A DNA stretch of 64,000 bases from an uncultured Eubacteriales bacterium. GTDB taxonomy: Bacteria > Bacillota_I > Bacilli_A > RFN20 > CAG-288. Under the pieces are notes generated by a model, which was not told the DNA's origin, made no database searches, and saw only the letters and a list, made by a program, of their open reading frames with translations. Made by a program: the position numbers and the translations under genes. This document shows, one piece after another, positions 37,737-47,942 of the stretch; position 1 is the stretch's first letter; every line of letters begins with the position of its first letter. Where the stretch lies: the NCBI GenBank assembly GCA_900316035.1, contig ONBI01000002.1, positions 14,028 to 78,027 on the forward strand, given 5' to 3'.

Positions 37737-38696
37737 CTACGCTAACGATACGTCTTTCTCTTCGTAAGTGAGAGCAACCTCTTTCGCTTTGGCTATCTTC
37801 TTTTCGTCTACCGGTCCGTTGAGAGAATGGAAAAGAGGAGCGAAAGTCTCACAGAAATCGGAAGTCTCTTCGTTGATCAGCTCCGGGAAGCCTTTCAGTT
37901 TATAGGAAGTGATCGGGATTCCTTTATGGATACAATCGGTCAATAGCTGTGGATAAGAGAGATGGTCTCCGATCAGAAGCAGGCGGGAACAGGAAGCTAG
38001 AGCAGAGCGGTAAAGCTCTTCTCGGAGAACAGGAACAAAGAAGATATTTCCGGGTCTTGTGATTGTTTCCAATGTCTTCTGTTTCATCGCCTCTTTTTCA
38101 CCGTGGCCGAAGAAGAAAAAGACTTTCTCCGGTAAGTTCTGAGCGATGGTCTGGAAGACTTCGACATCCTGTTTCAAGGAGAAGTTTCCATAACTGAAGA
38201 CGATCTCTTTGTTCTCCTGAATGCCGTAATAACAGCGGAATGCGTGTTTTTCAACTTCTGACATCTCCTTTCCCGGAGCAAAAGACGGAGTCAGAGGAAT
38301 GAACTTGACCGGAGTCTTGATTCCGGCTTTCCGTAAGAACTCTTCCTGAGAAGGAAAATGAATCCAGAGGTATTTAGCTTTCTTATAGGCGTTGCCGGCA
38401 TCAAAAGAAAGTCCTAATGTCGGTTCTTTACGGAAAAGCTGCAACGCAAAATCGGATTCATCCTCTAAGGCTAGGACATTCATCGGAATATGCTTCTTTT
38501 TCAGAACCGCCGCAAAAGCAAAAGCATCCCCTCCGCAGGGAAGGATGGCTTCCGTAATCCCTTCTTCGTTGATATCGAAGGTATAGGAAATATGTTTTGC
38601 TTCCAAAAGAGAAACCAACGAGTTCCGGATCAGATAGGTGAACGAAGAAGAAAGTCTGGAACGTTCACAGCCGAGAAAATATTTCTGGTTAGTCAT
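37737..38696 (-). CDS. hypothetical protein, weakly glycosyltransferase (GT-B)-like
   Basis: 319 aa. The C-terminal KGFPELINEETSDFCE region resembles the GT1/GT4 EX7E segment. Otherwise unrecognised. Confidence 0.4.
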   Translation of the reverse strand: MTNQKYFLGCERSRLSSSFTYLIRNSLVSLLEAKHISYTFDINEEGITEAILPCGGDAFAFAAVLKKKHIPMNVLALEDESDFALQLFRKEPTLGLSFDAGNAYKKAKYLWIHFPSQEEFLRKAGIKTPVKFIPLTPSFAPGKEMSEVEKHAFRCYYGIQENKEIVFSYGNFSLKQDVEVFQTIAQNLPEKVFFFFGHGEKEAMKQKTLETITRPGNIFFVPVLREELYRSALASCSRLLLIGDHLSYPQLLTDCIHKGIPITSYKLKGFPELINEETSDFCETFAPLFHSLNGPVDEKKIAKAKEVALTYEEKDVSLA

Positions 38697-38708
38697 GGCT
38701 TTATTATA
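38697..38708 (-). promoter_or_regulatory. -10 box placed for a leaderless transcript of the 37737-38696 gene
   Basis: Minus strand reads GATATAAT-AAAGCC-ATG. TATAAT is at 38708-38703 and ATG at 38696. No SD present. Confidence 0.35.
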
Positions 38709-38721
38709 TCGAATCTAGAGA

Positions 38722-38767
38722 TAGAAAAAGACGGCTTTTCCGGAATAAGTTCCAGATCCGCCGTCTT
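38722..38767 (-). terminator. rho-independent terminator after gyrA
   Basis: AAGACGGC / GCCGTCTT stem with a large loop, followed on the minus strand by TTTTTCTAT. Confidence 0.5.
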
Positions 38768-38776
38768 CCTAGCTAA

Positions 38777-41530
38777 TTATTCTTCGTCCGAAGAATCGTC
38801 ACCGGAATCTTCGTCTCCGTCATCCTGAGCTCTCTTGAGAAGCTCCTTCAGAGCGGGATCGTTATCGACATTGTTCGATTCGTCTTTGCTTTCTTCTGTC
38901 TCCGGTAACTCCGCTTCGAGTTCCGAATCCGAAGGTAAGACCGAGACCGAGGAAATCTTCTCGTTGGATCTCAGAGTGATGACCTTGACACCGACGGTGT
39001 TACGGCCAGTCTCCTTGATCTGAGTAAGAGAAGTGCGGATCGTCGTACCGTGATCGGTGATGAGGATGATATCTTCATCGCCTTTGACGTTCTTGATGAC
39101 GAAGAGACCGCCGTTCTTCTCCGTCTCACGGATGGTGCGGACACCCTTGGAACCACGGGCCGTGATACGGTACTCCGTACCATCGGTGATCTTGCCGTAA
39201 CCGTTCTCACTGAGAGAGAAAATCTTATTTCCGTCTAAGGAAGTGACAAGTCCGACAACATGGCAGCCTTCCGCAAGCTCAATACCTTTGACACCCGTTG
39301 CGGTTCTACCCATGCAACGGACATCGGTCTCATAGAAGGAGCAGACTTTGCCTTCCGAAGAACCTAAGGAGATGATGGCCTTGCCATCGGTATGACGGAC
39401 ATCGAAGAGCTCATCCCCCTCTTTGAGAGTGATAGCGATCTTGCCGTTCGAATTGATGTTCTCAAAGTCAGAAGCGAGAGAACGTTTGACGATACCATCG
39501 CGGGTAGCGAAGAAGAGGTAATTGTTTTCGCCGTAGTCGTCCATCGAGATGATGGCTTCGACCTTTTCGCCATCCATCAGCTTGAGCAGATTGACGATCG
39601 GAATACCCTTCGAAGTGCGGTTTCCTTCCGGAATCTGATAACCGCGGCAATGATAGACACGGCCTAAGTTCGTGAAGAAGAGAACATCGGTCTTGGTGCG
39701 GGAATGACGGAGGATCTTGATGTCGTCATCGGCCTTCGTCTTCATACCCTGGACACCGATACCGCCACGGTTCTGTGTACGGAACTCGCTCGGATCAACT
39801 CTCTTGACGTAACCGCCTTCCGTTAAGAAGATGAGGATCTCCTTGTTCGGAATGAGGTCTTCATCGTCCTCATCGATATCGTAATCGGTGATTTCGGTTC
39901 TTCTGGCATCGCCGAATCTCTTCTTGATGTCTTCGAGTTCGCCGATGAGGGTGCTTTCTAAAACACTCTTATCAGAAAGGATGAGGTTGTATTGTTTGCA
40001 ATCTTCTTCTAATCCAGCCTTTTCCTGAGCATATTTATCCTGTTCAAGACCTGTTAAACGACGTAACGGCATATCGAGAATCGCTTTGCACTGAACCTCA
40101 TCGAAGTGGAAGCGGTCGATGAGACGGTTCTGCGCTTCTTCGTAGGTCTTCGAAGAACGGATGATATGGACGGTCTTATCGATTGCATCGGCGACAGTGA
40201 GGATAGCATCGAGGATGTGGATTCTCGCCTGAGCCTTCTTGAGATCGTATTGGGTTCTTCTGGTAATGATGACTTCCTGATGGTCGATATAGATCTTCAG
40301 AGCCTGCTTCATCGAAAGGACTTTCGGAGTCCCGTTATCTAGAGCAAGCATATTGACCGGGAAGTTCGACTGTAAGGGGGTGTAATGGAAGAGGTGATTG
40401 AGAACCAGAGCTTCGCTTGCGCCTTTCTTCAAAACGACAGTGAAGTGGGTTCCCATCTTCTGGGAAGAGTAATCGGCGACCGAAGCGATACCGTCGATCG
40501 TCTTGTTATCGGAGAGATCGACGATTTTCTTGGCGAGGTCTCTCTTGTTGACCATATACGGAAGTTCCGTGAAGACGATTTCCGTATGGCCATCTTTTTC
40601 TTCGGTGTGATACTTGGCACGGACCTTGACGGAACCACGGCCTGTCGTGAAATAGTTGCGGATTCCGCTTCTACCTAAGACGATACCGCCGTTAGGGAAA
40701 TCCGGTCCTTTGATGATCTGCATGAGTTCATCGACGGTGATATCCGGATTCTTGATGGTCGCGATAACGCCATCGATGGTTTCGGTGAGGTTATGTGGCG
40801 GAATCGAAGTAGCCATACCGACCGCAATACCGGAAGATTCGTTGCAAAGGAGGTTTGGGAAACGGGAAGGAAGAACAGTCGGTTCCTTACCATCGGCATC
40901 GTAGGTATCCATGAAGGGAACCGTATCCTTCTCGATATCACGGGTCATCTCCAGAGCAATCTTGGAAAGTCTAGCTTCGGTGTAACGGGAAGCAGCGGGT
41001 TCATCGCCATCGGGAGAACCGAAGTTACCATGACCTTGGACGAGGGTATAACGCATAGCAAAATCCTGCGCCATACGGCACATAGCAAGGTAAATCGAAG
41101 AATCGCCGTGCGGGTGATATTTACCCATGACGTCGCCGACGACACGGGCGGATTTCTTAAACGGCTTATCCGGGGTGACACCCATCTCCCACATATCGTA
41201 GATGATACGTCTCTGAACCGGCTTCATACCATCACGGGCATCTGGGATAGCACGGCTCGTTAAGGTAGAGACTGCATAGTCGAGGAAGGAATTTTTGATT
41301 TCGGCACCGAATTCATCCGGCGAGATACCGGCGACAATGCCTTCCTGAAGGCCTTTGATGCCTTCTCCCTTCTTCTCAGCGACTTCCTTATCGGAGAGTT
41401 CGCTCTCATCGGTGCTATCTTCGGCACCGGTGTTTTCGTCGACGGAAGACTCTTCGTTTTCGTCTTTTTCTTCCTTGTTCTCCTCAGAGGAGCTTTCCGG
41501 ATTGGTTTTCTTGTTATCTTCTTCTGACAT
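38777..41530 (-). CDS. gyrA: DNA gyrase subunit A, with an acidic N-terminal extension (about 60 aa) and an acidic C-terminal tail
   Basis: Motifs [29 protein letters not shown] and MGKYHPHGD, plus C-terminal beta-pinwheel repeats. AAGGAGG SD upstream. Confidence 0.95.
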   Translation of the reverse strand: MSEEDNKKTNPESSSEENKEEKDENEESSVDENTGAEDSTDESELSDKEVAEKKGEGIKGLQEGIVAGISPDEFGAEIKNSFLDYAVSTLTSRAIPDARDGMKPVQRRIIYDMWEMGVTPDKPFKKSARVVGDVMGKYHPHGDSSIYLAMCRMAQDFAMRYTLVQGHGNFGSPDGDEPAASRYTEARLSKIALEMTRDIEKDTVPFMDTYDADGKEPTVLPSRFPNLLCNESSGIAVGMATSIPPHNLTETIDGVIATIKNPDITVDELMQIIKGPDFPNGGIVLGRSGIRNYFTTGRGSVKVRAKYHTEEKDGHTEIVFTELPYMVNKRDLAKKIVDLSDNKTIDGIASVADYSSQKMGTHFTVVLKKGASEALVLNHLFHYTPLQSNFPVNMLALDNGTPKVLSMKQALKIYIDHQEVIITRRTQYDLKKAQARIHILDAILTVADAIDKTVHIIRSSKTYEEAQNRLIDRFHFDEVQCKAILDMPLRRLTGLEQDKYAQEKAGLEEDCKQYNLILSDKSVLESTLIGELEDIKKRFGDARRTEITDYDIDEDDEDLIPNKEILIFLTEGGYVKRVDPSEFRTQNRGGIGVQGMKTKADDDIKILRHSRTKTDVLFFTNLGRVYHCRGYQIPEGNRTSKGIPIVNLLKLMDGEKVEAIISMDDYGENNYLFFATRDGIVKRSLASDFENINSNGKIAITLKEGDELFDVRHTDGKAIISLGSSEGKVCSFYETDVRCMGRTATGVKGIELAEGCHVVGLVTSLDGNKIFSLSENGYGKITDGTEYRITARGSKGVRTIRETEKNGGLFVIKNVKGDEDIILITDHGTTIRTSLTQIKETGRNTVGVKVITLRSNEKISSVSVLPSDSELEAELPETEESKDESNNVDNDPALKELLKRAQDDGDEDSGDDSSDEE

Positions 41531-41550
41531 GGTTGCTGTTCCTCCTTAGA

Positions 41551-43770
41551 TCAGATATCGAGATTGCGGACGAATTTTGCATTCGCCGTGATGTATTCCT
41601 TACGGGGTTCAACATTCTCACCCATCAAGTCAATCAGAGCATCGTTTGCTTCCTGCGCATCCTCGATAGAGACACGAAGCATACGGCGGTGATTCTTATC
41701 CATAGTCGTCTCATCCAACTGCTCCGGATCCATTTCACCGAGACCTTTGTAACGCTGAAGCGCGTAACGGGCATTATCCGGAAGCTTGGCTTTGATTTCG
41801 GCTAACTCATCATCGTTGAAGGCATAGTAGTGATGTCCCTGATAAGTGAGACGATAAAGCGGAGGCTGAGCGATATAGAGGTGACCTTCTTCGACAAGCG
41901 GACGCATGAAACGATAGAAGAAAGTCATCAACAGAATACGAATATGAGAACCATCGACATCCGCATCGGTCATGATGATGACCTTATCGTACTTGATCTT
42001 GCTGACATCGAACTGTTCGCCTTGGCCGGCACCGATGGCGGTGACCATGTTGTAGATTTCGGCGTTCTTTTCAATACGGGTAGCCTGTGCCTTTTCAACG
42101 TTGAGAATCTTACCTCTCAAAGGTAAGATGGCCTGTGTACGGGCATCTCTTCCCTGAACCGCAGAACCGCCTGCGGAGTTTCCCTCGACGATGAAGAGTT
42201 CTCTCTCCTTCGGATCTTTGGAGATACAATCGGTGAGTTTATCCGGTAAACCGGAACCGGCGCTCATCTTACCCTGGGCTGCTGCTCTAGCTTTCTCCGC
42301 GGCTTTTCTACCTTTGAAAGCGGAGATGACACGGTCATACCACTGTTTCCCCTGGGTCGGATGCTCCATCAACCACTCTTTGAGATAATCGCCGACGATC
42401 GAAGAAGCAATCTTACGGACCTCATCGTTTCCGAGTTTATCCTTGACCTGACCTTCGTACTGAGGGTTGGTGTGTTTAACACTTAAGACGACGGTAAGAC
42501 CTTCTAAGCAATCTTCGGAACGGAAGTTCTCATCTTTTTCGCCTAACCAACCTTTCGAACGGAAGTAGGAGTTGAGCTCACGGCCGATGGCAAGACGGAA
42601 ACCTTCCTCATGGGTTCCACCACCCGAGGTGCGGATGTTGTTGCAGAAGGAGTTCATATTGGTGATACCCGAGCGGGTCGGCTGGAAAGCCGCTTCGACG
42701 ATAACCGTGGTCGGTTTATCGTCTAATCCGCCGGTGTTGACGGTCGAAGCACCGTTGACATAAAGAACATCATCGAAGACCTTGTCCTTCTCTTCGTTGA
42801 TATAGTTGACGAATTCGATGATACCGCCTTCGAAAAGATATCTGGCATGCTGAGGGTTGGAAGCATCGCGGACATCATCAAGAGTGAATTCGATACCTTT
42901 GGTAAGGTAAGCGGACTGCCTTAAATAAGAAGCGATAGTGGAGAAATCATAGGTGGTCGTCTCTTTGAAAATGAGCGGATCCGGAGTGAATTCGACGGTC
43001 GTGCCGGTCTTCTCTTCCGGACAGTCGCCGATGATCTTGAGACCCGGAGCGATGGTGTGACCGCCATCCTTGAACTCGATCTGATGGACTTTGCCATCAC
43101 GGTAGACGGTGACTTTGACATAGGTGGAAAGGGCGTTGACAGCCTTGACACCGATACCATGAAGACCGCCGGAGATCTTATAACCGGTCTTATCGTTGAA
43201 TTTACCGCCGGCATGAAGAATCGTGTAGACGGTTTCGACGGTGCTTAAACCGGTCTGTTTATTGATATCGCAAGGAATACCACGGCCATCATCTTCGACA
43301 CGGACGCGATTGATTGGATTTTCTGCCGTGCCGGGAAGAAGAGTGACATGGATGTGTTTGCAGTAACCAGCCAAAGCTTCATCGATACCGTTATCGACAG
43401 CTTCGCGGACCAGATGGTGAAGACCACGGCTCGAAGTCGTACCGATATACATACCCGGACGCTGACGGACCGCCTCAAGACCCTGAAGAATCTCGATATC
43501 GGCACCGGTGTAGTCGTCCTTCGCCTTCATCTTCTTCTCTTCGGTCGCTTCATCGAGAGCGATGTGGTCGACATGCTGCTCTTCGAAGTTTTCTTCGACA
43601 GGAGCTTCTTCGACGACCGGTTTCTTTTCTTCTTCCTTCTTTGGTCCGACGTTTTCGTCTTTAGCGACCTTTTCGACCTTCGCCTGCTGCTTTTCGTAGA
43701 TCTTCTGACGTTCGAGAGCTCTCTTTTCTTCTTCGGTGAGCTCTTCCGGTTTCTTTTCTTCTTCGCTCAT
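41551..43770 (-). CDS. gyrB: DNA gyrase subunit B, with a K/E-rich N-terminal extension (about 80 aa)
   Basis: Motifs LEAVRQRPGMYIG, PLRGKILNVEKA and EGNSAGGSA. ATG overlaps the recF stop (ATGA) and is preceded by AAGGAGG. Confidence 0.95.
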   Translation of the reverse strand: MSEEEKKPEELTEEEKRALERQKIYEKQQAKVEKVAKDENVGPKKEEEKKPVVEEAPVEENFEEQHVDHIALDEATEEKKMKAKDDYTGADIEILQGLEAVRQRPGMYIGTTSSRGLHHLVREAVDNGIDEALAGYCKHIHVTLLPGTAENPINRVRVEDDGRGIPCDINKQTGLSTVETVYTILHAGGKFNDKTGYKISGGLHGIGVKAVNALSTYVKVTVYRDGKVHQIEFKDGGHTIAPGLKIIGDCPEEKTGTTVEFTPDPLIFKETTTYDFSTIASYLRQSAYLTKGIEFTLDDVRDASNPQHARYLFEGGIIEFVNYINEEKDKVFDDVLYVNGASTVNTGGLDDKPTTVIVEAAFQPTRSGITNMNSFCNNIRTSGGGTHEEGFRLAIGRELNSYFRSKGWLGEKDENFRSEDCLEGLTVVLSVKHTNPQYEGQVKDKLGNDEVRKIASSIVGDYLKEWLMEHPTQGKQWYDRVISAFKGRKAAEKARAAAQGKMSAGSGLPDKLTDCISKDPKERELFIVEGNSAGGSAVQGRDARTQAILPLRGKILNVEKAQATRIEKNAEIYNMVTAIGAGQGEQFDVSKIKYDKVIIMTDADVDGSHIRILLMTFFYRFMRPLVEEGHLYIAQPPLYRLTYQGHHYYAFNDDELAEIKAKLPDNARYALQRYKGLGEMDPEQLDETTMDKNHRRMLRVSIEDAQEANDALIDLMGENVEPRKEYITANAKFVRNLDI

Positions 43771-44870
43771 TGGTTGTCCTCCTTCTTATGTAGTTGGTTA
43801 TCTTGACAAAGATAAATCGAATAATTTTCGAATCCTTCCCGTATTCTTGCTCCGGTCAAGAAAATCTGTTCGTCTTGATTTAAACAGGTGAGCAAGTTTT
43901 TCGTTCTCGTCTCATCGAGATCGGAAGTGATATCGTCAAGTAGTAATAGAGGCCTTTTCTTCAGTCTCTCGGTGAGAATATCTAGCGAAGCGAGTCTAAG
44001 ACTTAAGGAAGCCAGTCTGTTTTCTCCTTGGCTTCCATAATCGGCTAAGTCATTCCCTTGTAAGGAACCGACTAAGTCATCCCTGTGTGGGCCTATTACC
44101 GTTACCTTACGGATAGATTCGACGGACTGATTGGCTTCAAAACGGGCTAACGCGTTCTTAACATAGCTATCTTGGTCATCGTCTAAGGGGCAAGTGGTTT
44201 TATACGTCAGCGTGAATTTCTTCTCGTCTGAGCCGAATAAACGATGATAGTAGTCTCCTCCCTTTTGACTCAGGGTCTTTATCAGCTCTTTTCGTTCCAT
44301 GACGATTCGGTAGGAGAGATTGATGAGCTGGTTTCGCAGGACTTTGATGATATCGGGGTCGTAATCCTGTTGGAGAGCACTGTTTCTCTCTTTGAGGAGC
44401 TTCTTATACCTTGCTAGGGCATAGAGATAACTCGGGGAGAGCTGACTCAAGGTCTCATCCAGGAATTTCCGTCTTCCTTCCGGTTCGGCCCGGAAGAAGA
44501 AGACAAGCGAGGGTTCATAATAGACCGCAATCAGCTTTCCTAAGATTTTCGATACGCTTTTGACCTTTTCATCATCGAGAGCAAAGATCTTGTAATCTGG
44601 GCCTAAGACGCAGGAGACCGAATGGTCTTTGTTATCTTCTTCGCTGTAGTAGGTCAGATAGAGAGAGGCTTCTTTCTCTCCCTTCTGAATCAGATCTACG
44701 GCTTCGGCTTTGCGGAAGCTCCGTCCTAAGGTGAGAAAGTATATTGCTTCGAGAATGTTTGTCTTACCGACTCCGTTCTCTCCGGTGAGATAGATTCTCT
44801 CTTTTCCAAAATTTGCTTCGAGATGAGAATAGTTCCGATAGTGGTTGAGGATTAGGGATTTGACGTACAT
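43767..44870 (-). CDS. recF: DNA replication and repair protein RecF
   Basis: Walker A GENGVGKTNILEA, SMC-like signature and LLLLDDITSDLD Walker B. Confidence 0.9.
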   Translation of the reverse strand: MYVKSLILNHYRNYSHLEANFGKERIYLTGENGVGKTNILEAIYFLTLGRSFRKAEAVDLIQKGEKEASLYLTYYSEEDNKDHSVSCVLGPDYKIFALDDEKVKSVSKILGKLIAVYYEPSLVFFFRAEPEGRRKFLDETLSQLSPSYLYALARYKKLLKERNSALQQDYDPDIIKVLRNQLINLSYRIVMERKELIKTLSQKGGDYYHRLFGSDEKKFTLTYKTTCPLDDDQDSYVKNALARFEANQSVESIRKVTVIGPHRDDLVGSLQGNDLADYGSQGENRLASLSLRLASLDILTERLKKRPLLLLDDITSDLDETRTKNLLTCLNQDEQIFLTGARIREGFENYSIYLCQDNQLHKKEDNQ

Positions 44871-45082
44871 ATCGTGTAAGAAACCCCATCGATCGACACC
44901 ACATCTTTATCCCGGAGCTTTTTCCCTCTCCGGATTTCCTTTTCTCCGTTGAAGGTGATTTCATGGGTGACAAGGAAGGCTTTTTCTTCTCCTCCGGTGG
45001 AGACTAGATCTAGGAATTTCAGAAGCTGACCAAGAGTGATATATTCGCCTTGAATGAGAATCTGATTACCGTTCTTTTTCAT
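44852..45082 (-). CDS. yaaA: S4-domain RNA-binding protein YaaA
   Basis: 76 aa. EYITLGQLLKFLDLVSTGGEEKAFL is present. Lies immediately upstream of recF and overlaps it. Confidence 0.75.
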   Translation of the reverse strand: MKKNGNQILIQGEYITLGQLLKFLDLVSTGGEEKAFLVTHEITFNGEKEIRRGKKLRDKDVVSIDGVSYTICTSNP

Positions 45083-45226
45083 CGCTGTTTCTCCTTTTAT
45101 CTATAGAGAACATAAACATTAATTATTATATATAAATATATACTTATTTGGAAGCTTTTTCGGCTCTTTAAAAGTCTCGGATTCAACCCGTTTTCCAAGA
45201 ACTATTCAAAAGAAGAAAACAGCATT

Positions 45227-45262
45227 CAAAAAGCCTCTCTTCGAAGCCGTAGAAGAGAGGCT
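45227..45262 (-). terminator. rho-independent terminator after fbp
   Basis: AGCCTCTCTTC / GAAGAGAGGCT 11-bp stem, followed on the minus strand by TTTTT. Confidence 0.65.
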
Positions 45263-45268
45263 CTCAAC

Positions 45269-47188
45269 TCAATATTTTTGAGGCAGTAAACCGGACTGAT
45301 AAGCGTGTAATAGATCCGTCAGATCCTCAATCTGCGAGCGGAGCTCTACACCCTTATCCGTATCCTTTACACGGATACGCACCGGTGCTCTTTCCGTGAT
45401 ACGGATCAGAGGAGTGTTCTCCTCTCCTTTCACAAAGCCTTTATGTTCTGCTAAGGCGATGTAATGGGAAGAAGAAATCAACGTATAACCGGCAATGCCC
45501 GTCTTGCTGTGGTAGGCTTTGGATAAGCCACCATCAATGACATAGTATTTGCCGTTTGCTTTCAAAGGAGACTCTCCGGCTTTGACCTTGACCGGAACGT
45601 GTCCGTTGATGACATGACCTGTCTTCGGAGATAAAGAGAACTCTTCTAAAATCTTATCGATAGTCTCTTCTTTCTCTACTAAGGAATAATACGGATTCAT
45701 AATTTCCTTCTTGACGTCTTTATCGTCTAAGAAGCAGCTTTCAAAAGTTGCCATCTTTGCTTTACCAAACAAAGGTGAAAGCGGACCGACCCACAGATAC
45801 CATAAGAGATCAATGTCTTTGGTATCCCTCGTGAAATAGGCACCACAGATCTTCTTATCGAAGTAATCCATCAGTTTCTTACCGGAGACTTTTCCTTCGT
45901 CGGTATCTAATGACAAGAAGTTTCCGTCTTTATCCATCGGGATGCAGCCATGATAAAGAAGGTTCCCGTTATAGACGCGGTACATCGATCCTCTCTGCAT
46001 CAGGAAAGCCATATGCTCATGTAACTTCTGCGAATGAGTGAAAGAATAAACCAGCGAAGCAAGAATGTTTTCTTCTTCCGGAGTCTCCTTATAGGGATCG
46101 TTAGGATCGATGGTCGGGAAGAGAGTGCTCTTCAGCGGATAGACTTTGCCACCGATAGTGACTGTCTTCTTTTCATAGTCGATATAGTTGAGTAAGAGCC
46201 TATCTTCGAGATGATATTCCGGATGACGGAGAATCGTCTTTCCTTCCTCTTTGAGCATGAGGATAGTGATAGCCTTATTCATCTTCGCAACCAATTGCGG
46301 GTTGACGTAATCGGAAACGTTCTGATCGAGGATATGAGGATAGAAGAGAGTGCAAGGATCGTCTTTATAGATTTCACTGGCGAACATGGAGAAAGGACGG
46401 AGGTTGATACCATAGCCATCCTCAAGAACATCAAAGGAGTTGTAAGAAGTAGCAATACGGACAACGGAACAGATAAGAGCTTTGTTTCCTAACGAAGCTC
46501 CTAACCATTCAATATCATGGTTTCCCCATTCGATATCGACATCCTTAAAGCTCATCAGTTCATCCATGATCTTATCCGGATGGGGGCCTCTATCGAAGAT
46601 GTCTCCTAAGATATGAAGCTGATCGATAGCGAGTACCTGAATCAGATTGCAAAGAGCGATGATGAAATCTTCGCCCTGGTCGATATCGACGATCGCATTG
46701 AGAATCTCTTTGTGATAATCCTTCTTATTGGAATCGTTGACATCGGTATGAAGGAGTTCATCGATAGCATAGGCATAGTTGACCGGCATCTTCTTACGGA
46801 CTTTGGAACGGGTGTAATTCAGACCGAGTTCTTTCGCGATAGAGACAAGACGGTTCAGAGTGAGAATCTGAAATTCTCTGGTGAAAGAACCGTCTTTCTT
46901 CCGCTTGCGGAGAATCTCATCCGGATAGCAGATCAGATTTGCTAAGAAAAGCTGTTCTTCTTCACTGACCAAAGAACCGAAAATCTCATCGATCTTGGCA
47001 CGGATTTCACCGGATGCGGAACGGAGCAGAAAATGGAAGGCTTCGTATTCTCCATGCAGATCCGAGAAGAAATACTCGGTTCCTTTCGGAAGAGCTAGAA
47101 TCGCCCTTAAATTGATGATTTCGGCTCCACAGACCTGTTCGTTCGGAAAATCCTTGGCTAATAGTTTTAGATAATGGAGATCGTTCAT
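45269..47188 (-). CDS. fbp: fructose-1,6-bisphosphatase, class 3
   Basis: 639 aa. Firmicutes-type class 3 FBPase (YFFSDLHGEYEAF, LGDIFDRGPHPDKIM metallophosphoesterase motifs). Confidence 0.9.
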   Translation of the reverse strand: MNDLHYLKLLAKDFPNEQVCGAEIINLRAILALPKGTEYFFSDLHGEYEAFHFLLRSASGEIRAKIDEIFGSLVSEEEQLFLANLICYPDEILRKRKKDGSFTREFQILTLNRLVSIAKELGLNYTRSKVRKKMPVNYAYAIDELLHTDVNDSNKKDYHKEILNAIVDIDQGEDFIIALCNLIQVLAIDQLHILGDIFDRGPHPDKIMDELMSFKDVDIEWGNHDIEWLGASLGNKALICSVVRIATSYNSFDVLEDGYGINLRPFSMFASEIYKDDPCTLFYPHILDQNVSDYVNPQLVAKMNKAITILMLKEEGKTILRHPEYHLEDRLLLNYIDYEKKTVTIGGKVYPLKSTLFPTIDPNDPYKETPEEENILASLVYSFTHSQKLHEHMAFLMQRGSMYRVYNGNLLYHGCIPMDKDGNFLSLDTDEGKVSGKKLMDYFDKKICGAYFTRDTKDIDLLWYLWVGPLSPLFGKAKMATFESCFLDDKDVKKEIMNPYYSLVEKEETIDKILEEFSLSPKTGHVINGHVPVKVKAGESPLKANGKYYVIDGGLSKAYHSKTGIAGYTLISSSHYIALAEHKGFVKGEENTPLIRITERAPVRIRVKDTDKGVELRSQIEDLTDLLHAYQSGLLPQKY

Positions 47189-47356
47189 TCTGTTTTCCTT
47201 TTTTTTCTGACAATGATTTTAGCATACCAAAGCTCTTTGCTCTTAGTTCGGAAGCACAAGGAAACAGCGAAAAAAGGAAACTTATTCCTACTTTTCTTTC
47301 TCTTTTTATCAAAAACAGACTTCTCATCTATCTATCGTTGAAAAATGTAAAAGTTG

Positions 47357-47362
47357 TATAAT
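47357..47362 (+). promoter_or_regulatory. -10 box placed for a leaderless transcript of the ArsR-family gene
   Basis: TATAAT 47357-62, then CACAAAGT (8 nt), then ATG 47371. No SD is present and the -35 is poor. Confidence 0.35.
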
Positions 47363-47370
47363 CACAAAGT

Positions 47371-47748
47371 ATGAACGATAACCGTAAAACACCTGCAGAA
47401 ATTGAAGAAATCAAAAAAGAGCTGTTAGAGGAAAAGAGCTTTGAAAAGCTCTCCTCTTTCTATTCTCTCTTTTCCGATCAGACAAGACTTACCTTGATTG
47501 CTCTATTAGCAAGACAGGAACTCTGTGTCAATGATATCGCTGCTATCCTCTCGATGTCTCAGTCCCGTGTTTCTCATCAGCTAGCTATCCTTCGTAAGCA
47601 TGATATCGTCACCTATTACCGCAAAGGAAAACAGGTTCTCTATACCCTTACCGATAACCACATCAAAGATATCTTCTCGACCGGATTAGAGCACATCTCT
47701 GAACAGGACGAAGACATTTATCAGGACAAGAAAAAGAAGGGATACTGA
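47371..47748 (+). CDS. ArsR/SmtB-family metal-sensing repressor (alpha5-site type)
   Basis: wHTH (CVNDIAAILSMSQSRVSHQLAILRKHDIV). The C-terminal DNH-x10-H-x2-E pattern matches the DxHx10Hx2(E/H) alpha5 Zn/Co site. Confidence 0.8.
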   Translation: MNDNRKTPAEIEEIKKELLEEKSFEKLSSFYSLFSDQTRLTLIALLARQELCVNDIAAILSMSQSRVSHQLAILRKHDIVTYYRKGKQVLYTLTDNHIKDIFSTGLEHISEQDEDIYQDKKKKGY

Positions 47749-47879
47749 GGTATTCTAAAAAAACAGCCGTGCCAATTTTTGGTTCAGGTTGTTTTTAATT
47801 CTTAGCAGTATCCTATGTTTACCTAGATAAAGAAAACGGATTCATAAAAAATCTTTGTATTCTTTATTTAAATCCAAAG

Positions 47880-47905
47880 CAGGCCCCTGATCTGGGGCCT
47901 GTTTT
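47880..47905. terminator. terminator hairpin between the convergent arsR-like and ATPase genes
   Basis: CAGGCCCC / GGGGCCTG 8-bp stem. TTTT on the + strand and a T-rich run on the - strand. Confidence 0.5.
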
Positions 47906-47942
47906 GGTACAAGAGATTTAAAGAAATTTCTAAAAGCAACTT

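Noticed and set aside
38835-43806. Many 60-156-aa ORFs in alternative frames and strands inside gyrA and gyrB
   Set aside because: They are all nested within two unambiguous, full-length gyrase genes. They are a typical by-product of biased codon usage and show no independent start signals.
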